Assembly (NCBI RefSeq): GCF_036971445.1
Contig: NC_091474.1
Coordinates: 83,266,001 to 83,330,000, forward strand
Origin: Narcine bancroftii
Lineage: Eukaryota
Direction: 5' to 3'
DNA length: 64,000 nt
Position numbers and translations under genes: made by a program. How positions within the stretch are numbered: the stretch's first letter is position 1; every line of letters begins with the position of its first letter. The notes under the pieces are model-generated. The model ran no database searches and was not told where the DNA came from. It saw only the letters and a program-made list of their open reading frames with translations. Below, in pieces: positions 59,590-64,000 of the stretch.

Positions 59590-60170
59590 CCAGATTTCAG
59601 ATTTATTGTCAGAGTACATATGTGACATCACATAGCACCCTGAGATTCTTTTTCCTGTAGGCGAGGCAGAATTACCACTTATTAGGAGTGCAAAAAACAA
59701 ACTATTCAACGTACACATGTAAAAAAAATAAAGAAATGTAAACAAAATACAGAGAGAACAAAAACAATAAACTACAAAAGTAAGAGCCCTTAAATGAGTC
59801 CCTGATTGAGTTTGTTGTTGAGGAGTCTGATGGTGGAGAGTTAGCAGCTGTTCCTGAACCTGGTGGTGTGAGTCTTCTGGCACCTAGACCTTTTCCTGAT
59901 GGCAGCAGCAAGAACCAGGCGTGTGCTGAGTGGTGTGGATCTTTGATGATTCCTGCTGCCCTCCAACAGGAGCTTTTCCTGTCGATATACTCAAATGTGG
60001 GGAGGGTTTTGCCTGTGATGTCTTGGGCTGTGTCCACTACCTTCTGGAGGGATTTACACTCAGGGGTATTTGTGTCCTCAGCAAACTTTCCACCACCTCT
60101 ATAGAAATTTGCTAGGGTTTCTAGTGTCTTGCCAAACCTTCACAATCTCCTGAGGAAATTGAGGCACTGA
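59590..60170 (-). mobile_element. Rex1/Babar LINE 3' fragment
   Basis: DTAQDITGKTLPTFEYI...IIKDPHHSAHAWFLLLPSGK; reverse tail cagatttcagatttattgtc. Confidence 0.82.
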
Positions 60171-62365
60171 TACAACTGAGAGAAAATAGAAGGAAGGAAA
60201 AAATGTGCTGAAATCATGGCAATTGAGGACAGACAGTTGTCATGAGTTTGCGAGCATTGGAGAATTTGATGTGCTCTTCCAGCAGAGGTTGATTGGCCTG
60301 CTGAGTATTTCCAGCTTTTTCTGTTTAAGTTTTCAGCATATGCGGTTTTAAAAAAACCTACACAAGGTCCGACAGATGAGAAACTGCTGAGACACAAGGT
60401 GCAGGGAGATACATGGCACTCTCTTGTTTTAATCATTAAAGCCTTCCATTTTTCTGTGCAGAACATTGAATGGAGAACTTCTGAGCTGAGTCGGAACCAG
60501 GAACGATTTCTCTTTATTTGAGCTGATGACTCCCGTGTCTGAGAGGCCGGGACAAAAAGTGGTTCAACTTGCATCACTCCAGGGAGGATTCCATTGCAGC
60601 CATTTGATTTGTGACCAACCTACTTCGCTCTCCAGCTGTCTCCGGCTAATTGAATGACACTGCCCCGTGACACAAACCAGGTTCAAGGGTTTTCTCACTC
60701 CCCAGACTTCCAGCTGCAGCGTGGTCATTTGCTGCCCTCGACCTCTCAAGGGCTTCTGCACAACGGCAGGGCAAGGTCAATGGTGATAAAACTGATGACT
60801 CCACTGGTGTCCATTCTAGTCACAAGGGATCAGTCTGCTGTCGAACAGGCATAAATTTAGGCCCATTAGTGGATCATGGAATAGCCCAACAACTGTTAGC
60901 TCCTCAAATGAGCTGACAGCTAACTGATTAAGCCAAAAAAATAACATTTTGTCAGCGCTAAAATAAAACCTGACAGGGCTGAGCTCTTAGGAAGAGGTAA
61001 TTACTAACCAATTTCCATATTTGACCAGGGAACACAGTGCCACTAAATTGGTGTTGTTTCTATGGCACATAATCCAATAAATCTCATTTGTCAAGAAGGC
61101 ATTTTAAAAGCCAAATGTATGTCAATTTCTGACCATATTTGTTCAACATTTAAACATCACTAATTACTCTGGACAACAAAGATTTTGCTTTCTGAAAACC
61201 TTCAGGTATATTCTATGGTTTTGAAAAATCACCTCAAAATCTTCCTACCATGTACCATTTTTTGATTTAACCCATTTTTATGATTTCCTATCATATTTTG
61301 TCTACTTCAAGCATACAAAATTGTGAAGTGCAAAATGTAATTAAAAATTCATTTTCTGCTTTTGCACTCAGACTCCTTTCCTGCCAATCTTGGTGCAGTC
61401 AGTGACGAATGTAGTGAAAGGTTTCACCAGGACATTGTGACCATGGAAAAGCGGTATCAGGGCAACTGGAATCCATGCTGGCCCACTATTGTTGGTCACT
61501 GACATGAGAGGCATCAGATGCTGAGTACAAATGAAAATCAGCAGCAAAACATTTTTAGGTCAGTTGAACTAATGCATCGTGTCAACATCATTATGTGATT
61601 AAACCTGCTAAATTCAATAAAAGTTAATGTTTCTCCAACTTCCTATGTGATACAGCAAACCTGAAATTATCTTTGTGTTCAGCTTAATCCCCATTTCCTT
61701 TCAGGAAGCAAAGCTGTTATTGTGCTGTTATGGATCCAGTTATGTTGATCAGCACTTTTTAAGTGCAGTCCAATTGATTGGGAAGGACCACAGAATGCAA
61801 TGGGCATCCTTACATTTGGCAGATAATTTGTGTCCAAGGGATTTGCAAGGTGCTTCTGGCTTGGTATTGCCCTGGGTAGGTGCTGGTAAAGAGTTACATA
61901 CGTGCCAGGCTAAAATGCAAAATGCACAAAACGGGCAGCAGTTCCTCAAATCTGTTCTCCTGATCCACACACCCGGGGACCGCTCCTGTGCAATACCAAC
62001 AACTTCCCATCCATTGCCACACATCAGGATGCCATTGGTGTCCAAGAGTCTAATCCACTGGAGAATAAAATTCCAAAGATCCACAGCTGATCTCCAGCCA
62101 CTTCAGGCCGAATTGGGTAATCCCTGATCCTGGGATTGTGTCGTTAGTTCCCAGGTCCCACCTCTCCAGCCTGGTGAAATGAGCGCACAACATCCACCCT
62201 TTCCATTCCTTTCAGGATTTAAACCTTTCATGGGATCACCTGAACTTCAGAGAATGTATTTCTTCGTGCATAACTAAAGCTTTCTCTTGAAGGAAATTAA
62301 GTGGAAAGGAGCAAACAATTCAGGACATTCCTATAATTAATCTCAATTATTAAAAGGGTTTAAAG

Positions 62366-62724
62366 CAGAGGTTTTTAAACTTTTCCTTTCCACTCACACA
62401 CCATCTTAAGTATTCCTGATGGCATCAGTGCTCTGTGATTAGTAAGGGATTGCTTAAGGTGTTATGTGGGTGGGAAGAAAAAGGTTTGAAAACCACTGTT
62501 TTAATTGTACCTCATTGACTCGTTATGTGGACAGTTTCATAACTCCAAAGGAAATGGGCCAATGACAATTTTTCTCAAGCAAAATATTTCAGTAACAATT
62601 GGGTCGAGAGCAGTGATTCTCAACCTTCCCTTCCCACTCACAGACCACCTTAAGACCACCCTTATTAATCATCGGGAATACTTAAATGGTGTGTGAGTGG
62701 AAAGAAAAGGTTTGAAAACCACTG
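62366..62724. mobile_element. hAT-type MITE copy
   Basis: CAGAGGTTTTTAAAC ... GTTTGAAAACCACTG; degenerate TSD gtttaaag/gtttataa. Confidence 0.72.
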
Positions 62725-64000
62725 GTTTATAAGTTCCTTTTATTGTCACATAATATTTCATTAAAATGGTATATGCATGATGTACTTCAACCTTCATCTG
62801 CCCGAGGCAAACAAAGAATTGCTGTGAGCATTGCCCACTAACCCTAACAATAGGAGAAAGAGAAGCAAACGAGTCCCTTCAGAGTCATGGAATGTCCGTG
62901 AATTTACCTCCATGCTCCCGCAGCCTCTGCAGCCGCACAGACTCCTGTCCAGACCATCCACAACCAGATCCAAACCTCCAAAATGGTCGGGTGGCCTTCA
63001 GCACCCAAGGTCCTTCATGAGTCCCTCTTGACCTCAGCACCCTCTTGGTTCTTGTACCTGCCTGCAATCTGTATGAGTCCTTCAGCTGCAAGTTGCCGAC
63101 AGCCTATGTAGGTTCTTCAGCCGCTCAGCCCCTTGCTAGGTCTCCATCCGGTAGGGTAATCTCCTCAGCTTCTGCTCCTCAATGAGGGGGGGGTGGAGGG
63201 GAGGGGGTAGTCTCCCGTTTCTTGTGCCTTGTGCTAGTCCACCATTCCCTCAGAGTCTGCAACCCCTCGTGGTACGTTGCCCAGCATGGGCACCGTCACT
63301 TTAGTCGCAGGTCTCTGTGGTTGCAGGATTTGAATATTGTCATTTAACAGGCCGTCTGAAGCCTGTACAGAACCGTCGACATTCAGACCGGGCAGTTGGA
63401 CCTTGCAGAGCCGCACTGTACCTCCTCTCTCCCAGATCTGCACCAGCGACAATGCTAACATTTTACATTTTTTCATGTTTTCAAAGTAAACGTTGAATTT
63501 TTACCTAATTTTTTTTCATGTTTCAGCTGCATCTCCATTTAAAAATGAAGACCATTTTTTTTTAAATTAAAAAATATCAAAAATTGCAGATGCTTTAAAT
63601 CAGAGATAAAACATGAAAATTCTTGTTTCTCCGCTGGGGAGGCAGCGTCTGTGGAAAGAGAAACAGGATCAACATTTTGGACCAGAGACTCTTTCTTGGT
63701 GTTCGATTCGTTCACTGACTCTTGCTTCTTTATTGGGGATCATAATTAGATTGAGAGTTGCTGGTGGAGTTTAGGTGACTATTCTGTCAGGGGAAAGACC
63801 TGACAGAAACACTGAGGTTTCCTATTCATGTTCTTCCACGAGAAGGTCTGCAGACGCTGGGACTGTCGTGAGATACACTAACGCGCTGGAAAAACTCAGC
63901 AGGTCATGCAGCATCAATGGGGTGATCAATGTTTCGGGTCTGAGTCAAATCACCTTTGTCAAGGTGTGAGCAACAGGAAGGCAGGCACCTGAATGAAAAG

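Noticed and set aside
62837-62848. CTAACCCTAAC, identical to the vertebrate telomerase RNA template
   Set aside because: It lies inside a copy of an interspersed repeat; no pseudoknot, CR4/5 or H/ACA context is visible.
43000-64000. Expected unc5b terminal exons upstream of slc29a3 (mammalian synteny)
   Set aside because: I could not find death-domain or ZU5-like coding sequence in the ORF track or by eye; short exons could have been missed.

Overview
Eukaryotic, repeat-rich genomic DNA. The repeat set (HE1-like tRNA SINEs, CR1, Rex1/Babar, L1 and RTE LINEs, palindromic Penelope-type elements) points to a cartilaginous fish, probably a ray; this is inference. The window holds one complete protein-coding gene on the minus strand: slc29a3 (ENT3, lysosomal equilibrative nucleoside transporter). 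It has five coding exons (37099-36845, 33372-33290, 31436-31210, 27964-27802, 17271-16599; 1401 nt, 466 aa, all GT-AG and phase-consistent). A probable non-coding exon 1 and CpG-island promoter lie at about 42400-42850, and the 3' UTR is about 1.5 kb. The rest is intron or intergenic DNA, and most ORF-track entries are TE fragments or spurious. Most notable: (1) a 642-bp intronic element with perfect 14-bp terminal inverted repeats that contains several hairpins and a hammerhead-ribozyme-like core (19707-20348); (2) a promoter built from a 33-bp tandem repeat carrying a GC box and a CCAAT box; (3) an AviRTE-like RTE nested in a CR1; (4) an 80-bp hairpin in the 3' UTR; (5) a clean solo LTR; (6) a multi-layer TE nest with readable TSDs; (7) twin 30-bp minisatellite arrays. 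Repeat boundaries were read by eye and are approximate unless a TSD or TIR is quoted.
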